Assembly (NCBI GenBank): GCA_026395215.1
Contig: JAPLZC010000012.1
Span: forward strand, 1-63,458
DNA from: Candidatus Staskawiczbacteria bacterium
GTDB lineage: Bacteria; Patescibacteriota; Minisyncoccia; Minisyncoccales; Staskawiczbacteraceae
DNA length: 63,458 nucleotides
Reading direction: 5' to 3'
Shown here: positions 54,296 through 63,458 of the stretch, one piece after another
Layout of the letters: every line of letters starts with the position of its first letter
How positions within the stretch are numbered: the stretch's first letter is position 1
Notes under the pieces: generated by a model
Databases searched by the model: none
What the model was told of the DNA's origin: nothing
What the model saw: the letters and a program-made list of their open reading frames with translations, nothing else
Made by a program: the position numbers and the translations under genes

Positions 54296-55360
54296 TTATC
54301 TTAGCAAATTTCTTATTTCAGAAGGATCTGAAGAAAAATCAATGGCATTATTTAAAGATACCTCTTTTTTTCTTACCAAATCAACCATTGCTCTGTTAAC
54401 AGAAATCATACCTTCTTTTGAGGAGGTTTCAATAACTGCCGGAACCTCATGTATTTTGTTTTCTCTTATCAAATTAGAAATTGCATTATTGCAAATCATA
54501 ATTTCACAAACAGGTATAAACCCTCCTTTAATTCTTGGAATCAACCTTTGCGAAACTATTCCTAACAGTGAACTAGATAACTGGAATCTTATTTGAGCCT
54601 GCTGTTCTGCCGGAAAAACGTCAACTATTCTATGAATTGTCTGGGCGGCTGAATTTGTGTGCAACGTGGCAAAAACCAAATGCCCTGTTTCTGCCGCGGT
54701 AATTGTTGTACTAATTGTTTCCAAATCTCTCATTTCACCAACCATAATTACGTCCGGATTTTGACGCAAACTGGACCTCAAAGCATTGTTAAAGTTCAAA
54801 GTGTCTATTCCAACTTCCCTCTGGTCAATAATTGCCCTGTCAACGGGGTAAGTATACTCAATTGGGTCTTCAATGGTAATTACGTGAACAGCCCTTGTAT
54901 GATTTATTTCGTCTATCATTGCCGCTAAAGTGGTAGATTTTCCCTGACTGGTAGCGCCTGTCACCAAAATAAGACCTTGAGGACGAGAAGTAAAATCATG
55001 TAAAATTGGTGGAAGATTTAAATCTTCAATTGTTCTTATATCTGAAGGAATAAAACGCAGAGCCAAACTAATTGACCCTCTCTGAAAGAAAATATTGGCC
55101 CTGAACCTGCCTTTATCCTCATACTGATATGAAAAATCAACTTCTTTCTCTTCTAAAAGTTTTTTCCGCTGAATCTCCGACAATATTGCAAAAGCTATAC
55201 CCTCGGAATCCTTCGCTAAAATCACCTTTTCTTGACTCAGAGGAACAAGCTGTCCTGTAATTCTTATATTTGGCACATGCCCAACTGAAATATCCAAGTC
55301 TGAAGCCTCTTGTTGGACCACTATGTCTAAAAGTTTCTTCAAATATTGTAAATAATCCAT
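54296..55360 (-). CDS. pilT: type IV pilus retraction ATPase PilT
   Basis: 354 aa. Walker A GATSQGKST, Asp box, Walker B/His box (GHLVFATLHTNSAAQTI). Lacks the long PilB N-domain. Confidence 0.88.
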   Translation of the reverse strand: MDYLQYLKKLLDIVVQQEASDLDISVGHVPNIRITGQLVPLSQEKVILAKDSEGIAFAILSEIQRKKLLEEKEVDFSYQYEDKGRFRANIFFQRGSISLALRFIPSDIRTIEDLNLPPILHDFTSRPQGLILVTGATSQGKSTTLAAMIDEINHTRAVHVITIEDPIEYTYPVDRAIIDQREVGIDTLNFNNALRSSLRQNPDVIMVGEMRDLETISTTITAAETGHLVFATLHTNSAAQTIHRIVDVFPAEQQAQIRFQLSSSLLGIVSQRLIPRIKGGFIPVCEIMICNNAISNLIRENKIHEVPAVIETSSKEGMISVNRAMVDLVRKKEVSLNNAIDFSSDPSEIRNLLR

Positions 55361-55403
55361 AATTTGGTGTTGGGTGTTAGATATTAAAACCTAACAATTA
55401 ATT

Positions 55404-57137
55404 TTATTTTTCTTCGGTGGCCCTTACAACCTCCTCAATAGTAGTTTGACCGTTTAAAATCTTTAGTATCCCCTCCTGTTCCATTGTAAGCATCCCTTGT
55501 TTCTGAGCAGTTTTAAAAATTAAACTCTCTAGCGGATTATTTTGTATTAATTCCGCCAACTCATCAGACATAGAAAAAACTTCGAAAAGTCCTATTCTGC
55601 CCGCATAACCCGTAAATCCGCAAATCTCGCAACCTTTTGCTTCATAGATAAAAAGCAGCTCGGGAATATTTATTGCATTTTTAACCGATGAAGGCATACT
55701 TTTAATCTTTTCTAAAATATAATTTTTTATTTTTTCTGTAGGTTTTGCCTTTATTTTGCAATGCGAACACAATGTCCTAACCAATCTCTGCGAGATAACA
55801 ACTCTTAAAGTAGACGGAATTAAAAATGGTCTTACTCCCATATCTATCAACCTTGGAATTACACCCACAGAAGAATTTGTGTGCAAGGTAGACAAGACAA
55901 TATGCCCGGTTAAGGCGGCGTTAATGGCTAATCCGGCTGTTTCTTCGTCCCTAATTTCTCCAACCATTATAATGTTAGGGTCTTGCCTCAAAATTTGACG
56001 CAAACCAGAAGCAAATGTATATCCAATTTCCGGCCTTACCTGAGATTGGTTAATACCATCAATAGAATATTCAATTGGATCTTCAACCGTAACAATATTT
56101 ACAGAATCTTGGTTTAAAATACGCAAAATTGCATATTGAGTTGTTGTTTTACCCGAGCCGGTAGGGCCGGTGAATAAAATCATTCCGAATGGTTTTTTTA
56201 TGGCAGTTTTAATAACTTCCAGATTTCTTCCACTTAATCCCAATTCCTCAAAAGATCTGACGCCGGTGGAAGAATCCAAAACTCTTAACTCAACTTTTTC
56301 TCCATAAAGAGTTGGGAATGTTGAAACCCTAAAATCAATGTTTTTGTTATTTATATTCACAGAGAATCTGCCATCTTGCGGAATTCTGTTTTCATCTATT
56401 TTTAGACCGGAAAGAATTTTTATTCTGGCAACAACAGCCAAATGAACTTTTAACGGCAACGTCAGGCTTGAGTGCAAAATTCCATTTAAGCGGAATCTAA
56501 TATTTAATTTTTCTCTGCCCGGTTCTATGTGTATATCAGAAGCATTACCTTCAATAGCATACCTTAGCATAACCATAACCATTTTTATTATGGGCGCATC
56601 CTCGGCTATTGATCCATTTAACAAATCATTTTGCGTTTTATTTATCGCTTTTCCACTCTCATCTGCCAAGGATTTTAAAGCTTTTTCCGTTTCGGTTGTT
56701 ATATTTTTGCGCTGTTTTAAAATGTCCAATAAGTTGCCGGGAGTTATCAAACAAATTTGATAGGCAAAATTTTCTTGGTTTGCCAAAAATCTTAAAGCGT
56801 TTTGAGCTTCTATATTTTCAGGATAAACCATTCCAACTAAAACAACGTTGGGTTTACCTTCAACACCCTTTTCTATAGACGCAATTTTATAATTAATGGC
56901 TGCTTCTTCGGGAATTATGTCTAAAACACTGGCCGGCAGATGATCTGCTTTTACCGTTCTCAGCGGTATACCTGAAACCTTGCTTTTTAAATTAAAAAGG
57001 AAATCTTCTGAAACAATGTTTCTTGCCAAAATAATATCCTCCTCAGTCTTGCTGGTTTTTTCCATCTGCTTCTTCAATTCATTCACTCGTTCCTCGGATA
57101 AAATTCCTTGCGCAAATAATTCCTGTAATAACTTCAT
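55404..57137 (-). CDS. pilB: type IV pilus assembly ATPase PilB (GspE family)
   Basis: N-terminal GspII_E-like domain, Walker A GPTGSGKTT, tetracysteine CSHC...CEIC. Confidence 0.94.
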   Translation of the reverse strand: MKLLQELFAQGILSEERVNELKKQMEKTSKTEEDIILARNIVSEDFLFNLKSKVSGIPLRTVKADHLPASVLDIIPEEAAINYKIASIEKGVEGKPNVVLVGMVYPENIEAQNALRFLANQENFAYQICLITPGNLLDILKQRKNITTETEKALKSLADESGKAINKTQNDLLNGSIAEDAPIIKMVMVMLRYAIEGNASDIHIEPGREKLNIRFRLNGILHSSLTLPLKVHLAVVARIKILSGLKIDENRIPQDGRFSVNINNKNIDFRVSTFPTLYGEKVELRVLDSSTGVRSFEELGLSGRNLEVIKTAIKKPFGMILFTGPTGSGKTTTQYAILRILNQDSVNIVTVEDPIEYSIDGINQSQVRPEIGYTFASGLRQILRQDPNIIMVGEIRDEETAGLAINAALTGHIVLSTLHTNSSVGVIPRLIDMGVRPFLIPSTLRVVISQRLVRTLCSHCKIKAKPTEKIKNYILEKIKSMPSSVKNAINIPELLFIYEAKGCEICGFTGYAGRIGLFEVFSMSDELAELIQNNPLESLIFKTAQKQGMLTMEQEGILKILNGQTTIEEVVRATEEK

Positions 57138-57156
57138 AATCGCTTCGCTCCATCAT

Positions 57157-57217
57157 CGAATTACGAATTTTGTGCGAATGTACTAATTCGTATATTCGTG
57201 ACAGATTCGTTATTCGT
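57157..57217. promoter_or_regulatory. array of seven CGAAT/ATTCG motifs (3 + 4 in opposite orientation) upstream of pilB
   Basis: TCGAATTACGAATTTTGTGCGAATGTACTAATTCGTATATTCGTGACAGATTCGTTATTCGT. Confidence 0.45.
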
Positions 57218-57256
57218 TGATGGTTATTTATTTTTTAGTTGTTGTTTGAACTAGCG

Positions 57257-57661
57257 TTATTGTTTTTGATAATATGGCGTAAAAGGGTTTGTTCTGCCAA
57301 TTTCCGCCTCTTTGATATCATTTACAACTAGTCCAATGGCTTCCAAATCTGCCTTAGCCTGATCTATGGAAACGGACATAATAAATCCAGATTTTTGTTT
57401 TTTATTTTGGTCTGTGGCTGTATAGTTATATTGTATCTGCATTTCCGGAAGTGGCAAAAGATTTTTAAATTGGTCTGTACTAAAAACACTCATATCTATA
57501 TTAACCTTGGGTCTGTTAAAAACCACTGCAAAAGAACCTCCCGAGGGCTTAGACATAAAAACCCCAAGGGAAATAACAACCAATAACAGTAAAAACATTG
57601 CTGTAATTCCCAGAAAAAACATTTTTTGCCGTTGTCTTGGTGATATAAATACTACTGCCAT
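57257..57661 (-). CDS. pilus-cluster membrane-anchored protein (unassigned; PilP-position)
   Basis: 134 aa, single TM. Sits between the pilO-like gene and pilB. Confidence 0.45.
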   Translation of the reverse strand: MAVVFISPRQRQKMFFLGITAMFLLLLVVISLGVFMSKPSGGSFAVVFNRPKVNIDMSVFSTDQFKNLLPLPEMQIQYNYTATDQNKKQKSGFIMSVSIDQAKADLEAIGLVVNDIKEAEIGRTNPFTPYYQKQ

Positions 57662-57663
57662 AA

Positions 57664-58212
57664 TTAATAAGAAAAAGTTTTAATTTGCAAACTGAAACTT
57701 TGTGGCGCCCCGGTGGATTTGCTTTGAGGGCCCGACCCGAAAGAAATTGAAGTAACCTCAAAAATACGTACTGATTTTTCAAGCGCTTTCAAAAAGCTTT
57801 CAAGCGCAGCGTAACTTCCCAATAAATCTGTTGAAAAAACTACTTCCCTAACTTGATTGACTGTTCCACTTTGCTGACTGCCCGAGGAAGTCTTAGACAA
57901 ATATAAATCTTTGACCATTAATCCATTTTGTTTTGCCGTGTCCTGCAGATAATAAACAAGCTTAGCCAAGGCCGGGTCTTGGGGTAAAGCATCATCAACT
58001 TTTTTTAAGTCTTCTTTCTGGCCCTGCAGGTCAAAATATACCTTGTCAATTGCCGCATAGTAATCATATTGCGCGTTGTATTCGGCAGTTTTTTCTGCAA
58101 GGTCGTTTCGTAATTTTACAAAAATATTATATTCTGGCGCCACCAAAAAGAATATCAACAAAAGGATAATAAAGAGGATTAAAGCAATAGTGATTGGTCT
58201 ATCAATTGTCAT
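57664..58212 (-). CDS. pilO: PilO-like pilus assembly protein
   Basis: Single N-terminal TM + coiled coil + alpha/beta domain. Position after the pilN-like gene. Confidence 0.55.
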   Translation of the reverse strand: MTIDRPITIALILFIILLLIFFLVAPEYNIFVKLRNDLAEKTAEYNAQYDYYAAIDKVYFDLQGQKEDLKKVDDALPQDPALAKLVYYLQDTAKQNGLMVKDLYLSKTSSGSQQSGTVNQVREVVFSTDLLGSYAALESFLKALEKSVRIFEVTSISFGSGPQSKSTGAPQSFSLQIKTFSY

Positions 58213-58738
58213 AACTAAAAATACTTTTATCTAGAACAAGATTAATATTAAATTGGATTCTGGACAGCTCTCCAATTGAGGAATTCAATGCGCCTATACT
58301 TTTAACATATTTATTTTTCTCAAAAACAGACACTTGCCTTGAAAGAGCGCCCATATCATCAGACTCACCAGACAACTGTACTGCATTACCTTTTGCATCC
58401 AAGCTGAATTGCTTAAACCAGACATTTGGCAAGGTTTGAGCCTCCATAAAAACAAAAACGTTTGAAGCAAATTCGTGATTCTTTAACAAACCAGAAAAAT
58501 TGCTTATTTTGGATTGGTAATTAATAACTTCTTTTTCCCTTTCCTTCTGCTGATCGGTACCCATTGTCTGTAAGGCCTTAATTTGATTATTTATTTCTTG
58601 TTCCTGCAAACTATTTTTAGTCAAAAAAATTACATAACAAACCAAGGTTGCCACCAATAAAGATATCACAAAATAGAGAATGACATCCATCCACCAGAAT
58701 TTTTTTGTTCTTATTTGAAAAATTGCGGAAAAATTCAT
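58202..58738 (-). CDS. pilN: PilN-like pilus assembly protein
   Basis: Single TM + coiled coil. Directly downstream of pilM. Confidence 0.55.
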   Translation of the reverse strand: MNFSAIFQIRTKKFWWMDVILYFVISLLVATLVCYVIFLTKNSLQEQEINNQIKALQTMGTDQQKEREKEVINYQSKISNFSGLLKNHEFASNVFVFMEAQTLPNVWFKQFSLDAKGNAVQLSGESDDMGALSRQVSVFEKNKYVKSIGALNSSIGELSRIQFNINLVLDKSIFSYDN

Positions 58739-58758
58739 AGTCTTAGTTAATTATACTA

Positions 58759-59874
58759 CTATGTTTCTAATCCCCCAAGTGCTACTCCTATGGCGACTGA
58801 AAAGCTTGGCGCCATCTTTTCTAAAGCTTGTCCTAAAATTGGCGGATATAAAAGCTCAGAAAAGCAATTAGAAATTTCAACCTTTTTTTTCAAAACCTCC
58901 TGGAAATATTCCCTAAGACCAGGAAGACTTGACGTACCACCGGTCAAATAAACTACATCCACTTCTTTACCCTCCTGCTGGTAAAAATCTGACAAAACCT
59001 TTTTTACTTCAAGAACCAACGGGTCTATTAACAAATATAGAGTTTTAGAAATTTCTTCTTTTGATGAAGTCAGTCCTTCGTTATTTTTCAATTCCTCTGC
59101 CTCAGTGTGGCCCAAGCCCAGCGCCGAGGATATTGAGTAAGTAAGCTGACTGCCGGCAAAATCAAAGCTGTAACTTTTTCTCAGTTTTTTTCTGTCAACA
59201 ATATTTATTGTTGTGCTCTGAACTCCAATGTCTATTAAGCACGCGCATTTATTATCTTCTTTAACTAATGACCTGGCCAATCCCAAAGCTTCAGCTTCTA
59301 CTGCATAAAGATCTAGTCCGGCCAGCTGAGCAACTTTTTGATAGTCTTGTACAACTTGGTTTGGTATAGCAACTAAAAATATTTTCAGAGAAGATTGTTT
59401 GTCCCCCGGAGTTCCCTCTATTATTTTCCAATCTAGTGTTGTTTCGGTTATTGGCAAAGGTATATATTGAGCGGCATTATAATAAACTGCTTCATTTATT
59501 TCACTTGCACTCATTGGAGGTAATTCAAAAGATGTGCAAAAAGTTGAAAAATCTGGAATTGAAAATATAACGGCTTTTGTTTTTATTTTTGCTTCATCCA
59601 AAATTGCCCTTATTGCCCTGGAAGCAAAATAATTTGAAAGCATATAACTGCCTTTTTCAACACTTCTAAAAGGCTCTTTATAAAGTGAGACTGATTTAAT
59701 CTCGCCATAATTCTCAAGTGTTTTTCCTTGCCCCCAACGGGACAGCTCAACCACTTTAATAGACGAGGTGCCAATATCAATTCCAATCATTTTCTTTGGA
59801 AAAAACATCTTTGCAGGGTTAGCAAAAATATTAAGCTTTTTTATATCAAAATTGGCTAAAGGATTTGGACTCAT
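58759..59874 (-). CDS. pilM: type IV pilus assembly protein PilM (actin-like ATPase fold)
   Basis: IGIDIGTSSIKVVEL...DIGVQSTTINI...YLTGGTSSLPGL. Confidence 0.88.
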   Translation of the reverse strand: MSPNPLANFDIKKLNIFANPAKMFFPKKMIGIDIGTSSIKVVELSRWGQGKTLENYGEIKSVSLYKEPFRSVEKGSYMLSNYFASRAIRAILDEAKIKTKAVIFSIPDFSTFCTSFELPPMSASEINEAVYYNAAQYIPLPITETTLDWKIIEGTPGDKQSSLKIFLVAIPNQVVQDYQKVAQLAGLDLYAVEAEALGLARSLVKEDNKCACLIDIGVQSTTINIVDRKKLRKSYSFDFAGSQLTYSISSALGLGHTEAEELKNNEGLTSSKEEISKTLYLLIDPLVLEVKKVLSDFYQQEGKEVDVVYLTGGTSSLPGLREYFQEVLKKKVEISNCFSELLYPPILGQALEKMAPSFSVAIGVALGGLET

Positions 59875-59914
59875 AGATTATTTTATTATACAATAAAATA
59901 AATAAAACAACACT

Positions 59915-60658
59915 GTGGATAAGTCAAAAGACTTTTTATTAGATTTATTGTTCCCAAAGTTCTGTTTAGGATGTAAAAAAGAAGGCACATATTTATGCGA
60001 TGATTGCCGGGGGCTTTTGGATATTTCAGAATTTGGTTATTGCCTATGCGAAGCAAATGGACAGCCCAAGCGCCTTTTGGAAGGCCACGTGGGGAAATGT
60101 AGTATTTGCTCTAGAAAAGAATTGGCGGGACTTTATTTTGCGCTTTCCTACAAGGAGAAGACACTGACAAGAAATTTAATTTATCAATTTAAATACAAAC
60201 CGTATTTAAAAGACCTGGCAAAAACTTTAGCCAGCATAATTGTAGAACATCTTGTGATTTCAGGAAAAAACACAAATGACATTTGGGAAAACAGTGTTTT
60301 GGTTCCCGTACCTTTGGATAGTAAAAAAATAAAAGACCGCGGGTACAATCAATCTGAAGAATTGGCAAAAGAATTGTCTGTAGTTCTAAATGTTCCAGTT
60401 GTTTTAAATGTTCTTGTAAAAATAAAACAAACCGATTCTCAAAAAGGCCTGTCAAAAACCGAAAGAGAGAAAAATCTCCAAGGCGCCTTCGCCATCAAAA
60501 GTTGTTCGACGTCGGACGTCGAACAACTTTCCGGGAAAAAAGTCTTTCTAGTTGATGACGTCTACACCACCGGTTCCACAATGACTGAGTGTGCCAAAAC
60601 CCTTAAAACCGGCGGCGCCAAACAAGTTTGGGGAATTTGCCTGGCCCGCGAAGGGTAA
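59915..60658 (+). CDS. comF: ComF family protein (ComFC-type phosphoribosyltransferase-like)
   Basis: N-terminal Cys4 (CLGC...CDDC) and C-terminal VFLVDDVYTTGST PRTase loop. GTG start. Confidence 0.85.
   Translation: MDKSKDFLLDLLFPKFCLGCKKEGTYLCDDCRGLLDISEFGYCLCEANGQPKRLLEGHVGKCSICSRKELAGLYFALSYKEKTLTRNLIYQFKYKPYLKDLAKTLASIIVEHLVISGKNTNDIWENSVLVPVPLDSKKIKDRGYNQSEELAKELSVVLNVPVVLNVLVKIKQTDSQKGLSKTEREKNLQGAFAIKSCSTSDVEQLSGKKVFLVDDVYTTGSTMTECAKTLKTGGAKQVWGICLAREG
60498..60530. repeat. 33-nt perfect palindrome (16-bp arms) in frame in comF
   Basis: AAAGTTGTTCGACGTC-G-GACGTCGAACAACTTT = 11 codons (KSCSTSDVEQL), immediately before the PRTase loop. Confidence 0.9.
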
Positions 60659-60718
60659 AAAATAATAAAAAAACCGGCGATTGAATCGTCGGCTATAGGC
60701 AAACTGTCAGACAGTTGA

Positions 60719-61279
60719 TTATTCTGTTTTGGTGAATTTCCTGTAGGCGTCCCAGCCGTAATCGCAAAGCGAAAAGAGCGTGACACCCACCGCCACTAAA
60801 ACTGCTGAAAACTGAAAATTTTCAAGCGCGCCACCGGCAACAGAAAGGTGTGAAATAACAATAGCTATTTGAGCAACCGCTTGTGTGCCTGCTTTTATTT
60901 TGCCACTCCACCTAGCAGCCAACACTATTCCGCGCCTAATTAGAAAAATTCTGATATTGGAAACTATTGCGTCGCGCGAGAAAAATATAATCACAAAGTA
61001 TGGCGAAATCCAGCCCAATGACAGCAAAGTAATCCAGATTACCATGTGGAAAATGGAGTCACACATAGGGTCGTAGATTTTCCCAAAGTCAGACACGCGA
61101 TTGGTGCCGTCTGGCAATTTGTATCTGGCGACAAAACCGTCAAAAAAGTCTGTGAATTCGCCAAGAACCATCGCTATCAAAGCCGTGCATAGACAGCCAT
61201 GCATTAAGGCAAGGCAAGCTATTGGAGCAAAAAAGATAACACGAAGGCTTGTGATAAAGTTCGGATTTATTCTTTCCAT
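60719..61279 (-). CDS. CDP-alcohol phosphatidyltransferase family protein
   Basis: DFFDGFVAR...G...D...D motif. Start at MERINPNF is preferred over 61330. Confidence 0.85.
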   Translation of the reverse strand: MERINPNFITSLRVIFFAPIACLALMHGCLCTALIAMVLGEFTDFFDGFVARYKLPDGTNRVSDFGKIYDPMCDSIFHMVIWITLLSLGWISPYFVIIFFSRDAIVSNIRIFLIRRGIVLAARWSGKIKAGTQAVAQIAIVISHLSVAGGALENFQFSAVLVAVGVTLFSLCDYGWDAYRKFTKTE

Positions 61280-61358
61280 TATCAACTCCCAGTTTGGTTT
61301 TGATTGTAAAAAAACAAGGTGAAACACCAAAGCGTTTCACCTGAATACTATCACAATT

Positions 61359-61985
61359 TTATCCTTTGTGGAAGCCGAGATCGGCTGGATTTGCTCCGCC
61401 AGAAATTAAAATTATTTTACCTCCTAATTTCTCAAATTCTTTACGCAAAATTTTAACTTCCTGCGCCAAGTTGACAGTTTCCTCTCCAACCTCATATTTA
61501 ATATGCCCTTTTGACCAATATTCTACAACCAACTTACTGTCCCCAAAAACTTTTTTAACATTTTCTTTTATGGCCAACTGCAAAGCATATTTACATGCCA
61601 AAAGTTCCCCATAATTATTTGTTGGCGCGTCGGTCTCCCTTCGGGAGATGTCCCGTAGGGACACAAAATGATGACCCTTTTCATTTAGCTTTCCTTTTGG
61701 TAAAACCTTATGCAATAATTTTTTGCCAGTTTTGTCTGAAACGTTTATTTCTACCCCATTACCTGCTCCCGTACCCGAATCAAAATAGATTCCGTCTTCA
61801 ACTGCCACACTTTTCACAGCATAATCCGCCCCTGCTTTTAACCAGGCGGCGGCTGCTGCCTGGGACTCAAAGCTCTTAAACTTCGCCCCGTTCTTCCCCG
61901 CCACAATCTCCTGACACTCCGGCCAGTTATCTGTAATTCCCTTATCCTTCCCAATTAAATACGCATAATATTTATTTTTTGCCAT
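61359..61985 (-). CDS. rnhA: RNase H1-like protein (N-terminal hybrid-binding/viroplasmin-type domain + RNase H domain)
   Basis: KYYAY..G...GI...W.EC...V.G...A.FKSF......A..WL, then DSGTG...NNYGELLA...GDSKLVV. Confidence 0.8.
   Translation of the reverse strand: MAKNKYYAYLIGKDKGITDNWPECQEIVAGKNGAKFKSFESQAAAAAWLKAGADYAVKSVAVEDGIYFDSGTGAGNGVEINVSDKTGKKLLHKVLPKGKLNEKGHHFVSLRDISRRETDAPTNNYGELLACKYALQLAIKENVKKVFGDSKLVVEYWSKGHIKYEVGEETVNLAQEVKILRKEFEKLGGKIILISGGANPADLGFHKG
61634..61663. repeat. two tandem 15-nt GC-rich hairpins (30 nt = 10 codons) in frame in RNase H
   Basis: TCTCCC-TTC-GGGAGA then TGTCCC-GTA-GGGACA encodes VSLRDISRRE. Confidence 0.85.
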
Positions 61986-62039
61986 AAGTTTACGTAGTGT
62001 AACGATATTTTAAAATTTATAAGATATTTGTTAATTATA

Positions 62040-63458
62040 CTATAGACTTTCGGCGTGGTCACGGATTACTTGCATAAATTGTTTGCCAAATTGTTCTAGT
62101 TTGCGGTCGGCTACGCCGTAAATTTCTAGGAAGGCTTCGGGAGTTTCGGGCATATCTTTGGCCATTTGAATAAGGGCTTTATCTCCAAACACTACGTAAG
62201 GTGGCACATGCAAGCATAGTGCTTCTCTGGCCCTTAAAACTTTCAGTTTCTCAAATAATATTTTGTCATAATTATCGTTTTCAGCATCGGCATGTTGCGC
62301 CAATTTAAGTTTTACTCCGGCCATAAAAGAAGATAATCCAGAACTAATTTTATGCGAAGGCTTTTTTTCTACGCACCTATCGCAATTTCCGCAGTTTTCT
62401 TTTTGATAATCTTCATTAAAATAGTTTAGCAAAAATTTGCGTCTGCATCCATGCAAATCTCCATAATGTAATACTCGGCTTAAATTTTCTTGCGCCTTTT
62501 CTCGCTCATTGTCATCTTGTATATTGTTTATAAAATAGTCCTGTTTAAATTTGTCAGCATACGAAAAAAACAAAACGCATCTGGCCGGCAAACCGTCTCT
62601 CCCCGCGCGCCCGGTTTCCTGATAATATCCTTCAATAGATTTTGGCAAACTATGGTGAATAACCAACCGGACATCGGGTTTATCAATTCCCATACCAAAA
62701 GCAATAGTAGCAACTATAATATTTACTTGGTCTTTAATAAATTTTTCCTGATTTTCTTTTCTGGTTTTAGCATTTAACCCCGCGTGATACGCAAGCGCCT
62801 TAAAACCATGCCTGTTTAACTTTTCAACCATTGTTTCGGTGTCGTTTCGCGAAAAACAATAAATAATCACACTGGCATTTTTATGTTCCTCAACAAGGTC
62901 AACAATAGAAGCAAAAGACTCTTTTTTTGGCAAAACTTCATAACTTAAATTTGGTCTATTAAAACTGGAAATAAACATTTTAGGATTTTCTAGAGAAAGT
63001 TGTTTTACAATGTCTTCTCTAACGTCTTCGGTGGCGGTGGCTGTTAGCGCAATAATTGGAATCTTAGGAAAGTTCTCGCGCAACACTGTTAAATTTCTAT
63101 AGTCCGGTCTAAAGTCATGTCCCCATTGCGAAATACAATGTGCTTCATCAATAGCAATAACGTTAATACAAAGTGAGTGCAAAAAATCTTCAAACCCAGG
63201 CACACTAAGTCTTTCGGGTGCTATATAAATTATTTTTAGTTTTCCAGCACTGGCCTTATCCATTACCTCGGCAATTTTTGCCGGAGTAAGACTACTGTTA
63301 ATAAAATCTGCTGCAACACCATTTGCCGTCAGTGAATCTACTTGGTCCTTCATTAGTGAAATAAGCGGAGAAATAACAATTGCAACGCCTTCCAAAATTA
63401 AAGCGGGCAACTGAAAACACAACGACTTGCCTCCACCCGTAGGCATTAAAACCAAAGA
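62040..63458 (-). CDS. recQ: ATP-dependent DNA helicase RecQ, partial (N-terminus beyond window end)
   Basis: PTGGGKS, DEAH (IAIDEAHCISQWGHDFRPDY), QETGRAGRDG, Zn-binding Cys cluster, HRDC-like tail. The frame stays open to 63458. Confidence 0.95.
   Translation of the reverse strand, partial: SLVLMPTGGGKSLCFQLPALILEGVAIVISPLISLMKDQVDSLTANGVAADFINSSLTPAKIAEVMDKASAGKLKIIYIAPERLSVPGFEDFLHSLCINVIAIDEAHCISQWGHDFRPDYRNLTVLRENFPKIPIIALTATATEDVREDIVKQLSLENPKMFISSFNRPNLSYEVLPKKESFASIVDLVEEHKNASVIIYCFSRNDTETMVEKLNRHGFKALAYHAGLNAKTRKENQEKFIKDQVNIIVATIAFGMGIDKPDVRLVIHHSLPKSIEGYYQETGRAGRDGLPARCVLFFSYADKFKQDYFINNIQDDNEREKAQENLSRVLHYGDLHGCRRKFLLNYFNEDYQKENCGNCDRCVEKKPSHKISSGLSSFMAGVKLKLAQHADAENDNYDKILFEKLKVLRAREALCLHVPPYVVFGDKALIQMAKDMPETPEAFLEIYGVADRKLEQFGKQFMQVIRDHAESL

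Overview
63.5-kb AT-rich bacterial chromosome segment. It uses the standard genetic code, and long ORFs are intact and tightly packed, mostly on the minus strand. Gene content fits a CPR/Patescibacteria (Parcubacteria-like) genome: small RpoB/RpoC, a short UvrC, giant glycine-rich surface proteins, a secretin-less type IV pilus cluster and almost no biosynthesis genes. That taxonomic call is inference. Content: two paralogous giant surface proteins (1..6363 partial, 12531..17327). Housekeeping genes are htpX, lemA, uvrA, uvrC, secG, rnj, trpS, PMM/PGM, rpsF-ssb-rpsR, recA (reading frame broken), ftsK, rpoC, rpoB, a SEDS ftsW/rodA, ligA, an RNase H1-like gene and recQ (partial). There are two tRNAs, tRNA-Ser(GGA) and tRNA-Leu(CAG). 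A ~14-kb type IV pilus/competence-type block spans 46400..60658: 4 minor pilins, pilD, 4 tandem pilin paralogs, pilC, pilT, pilB, pilO/N/M-like genes and a divergent comF. I saw no rRNA, CRISPR array, integrase or recognisable transposase. Most unusual signals: (i) about 20 short GC-rich palindromes from several repeat families sit in frame inside conserved genes (uvrA, uvrC x3, ligA, pilD, rpsF, ssb, PMM/PGM, comF, RNase H, rpoC and surface proteins), resembling Rickettsia palindromic elements. (ii) A MITE-like 58-nt element with a 5-nt target duplication sits exactly on the prepilin cleavage motif of a minor pilin. (iii) Two paralogous wHTH + PaaX/Cas2-fold genes are each bracketed by cognate ~30-38-bp hairpin-forming inverted repeats, giving cassette-like 0.65-0.7 kb units. 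(iv) A small gene is inserted at the 3' end of rnj, leaving a recoded duplicate of the rnj tail. (v) A GC-rich foreign-looking ORF with its own SD, operator-like palindrome and terminator lies upstream of rpoB. (vi) The giant proteins contain perfect in-frame tandem repeats and a shared, recombination-prone module.
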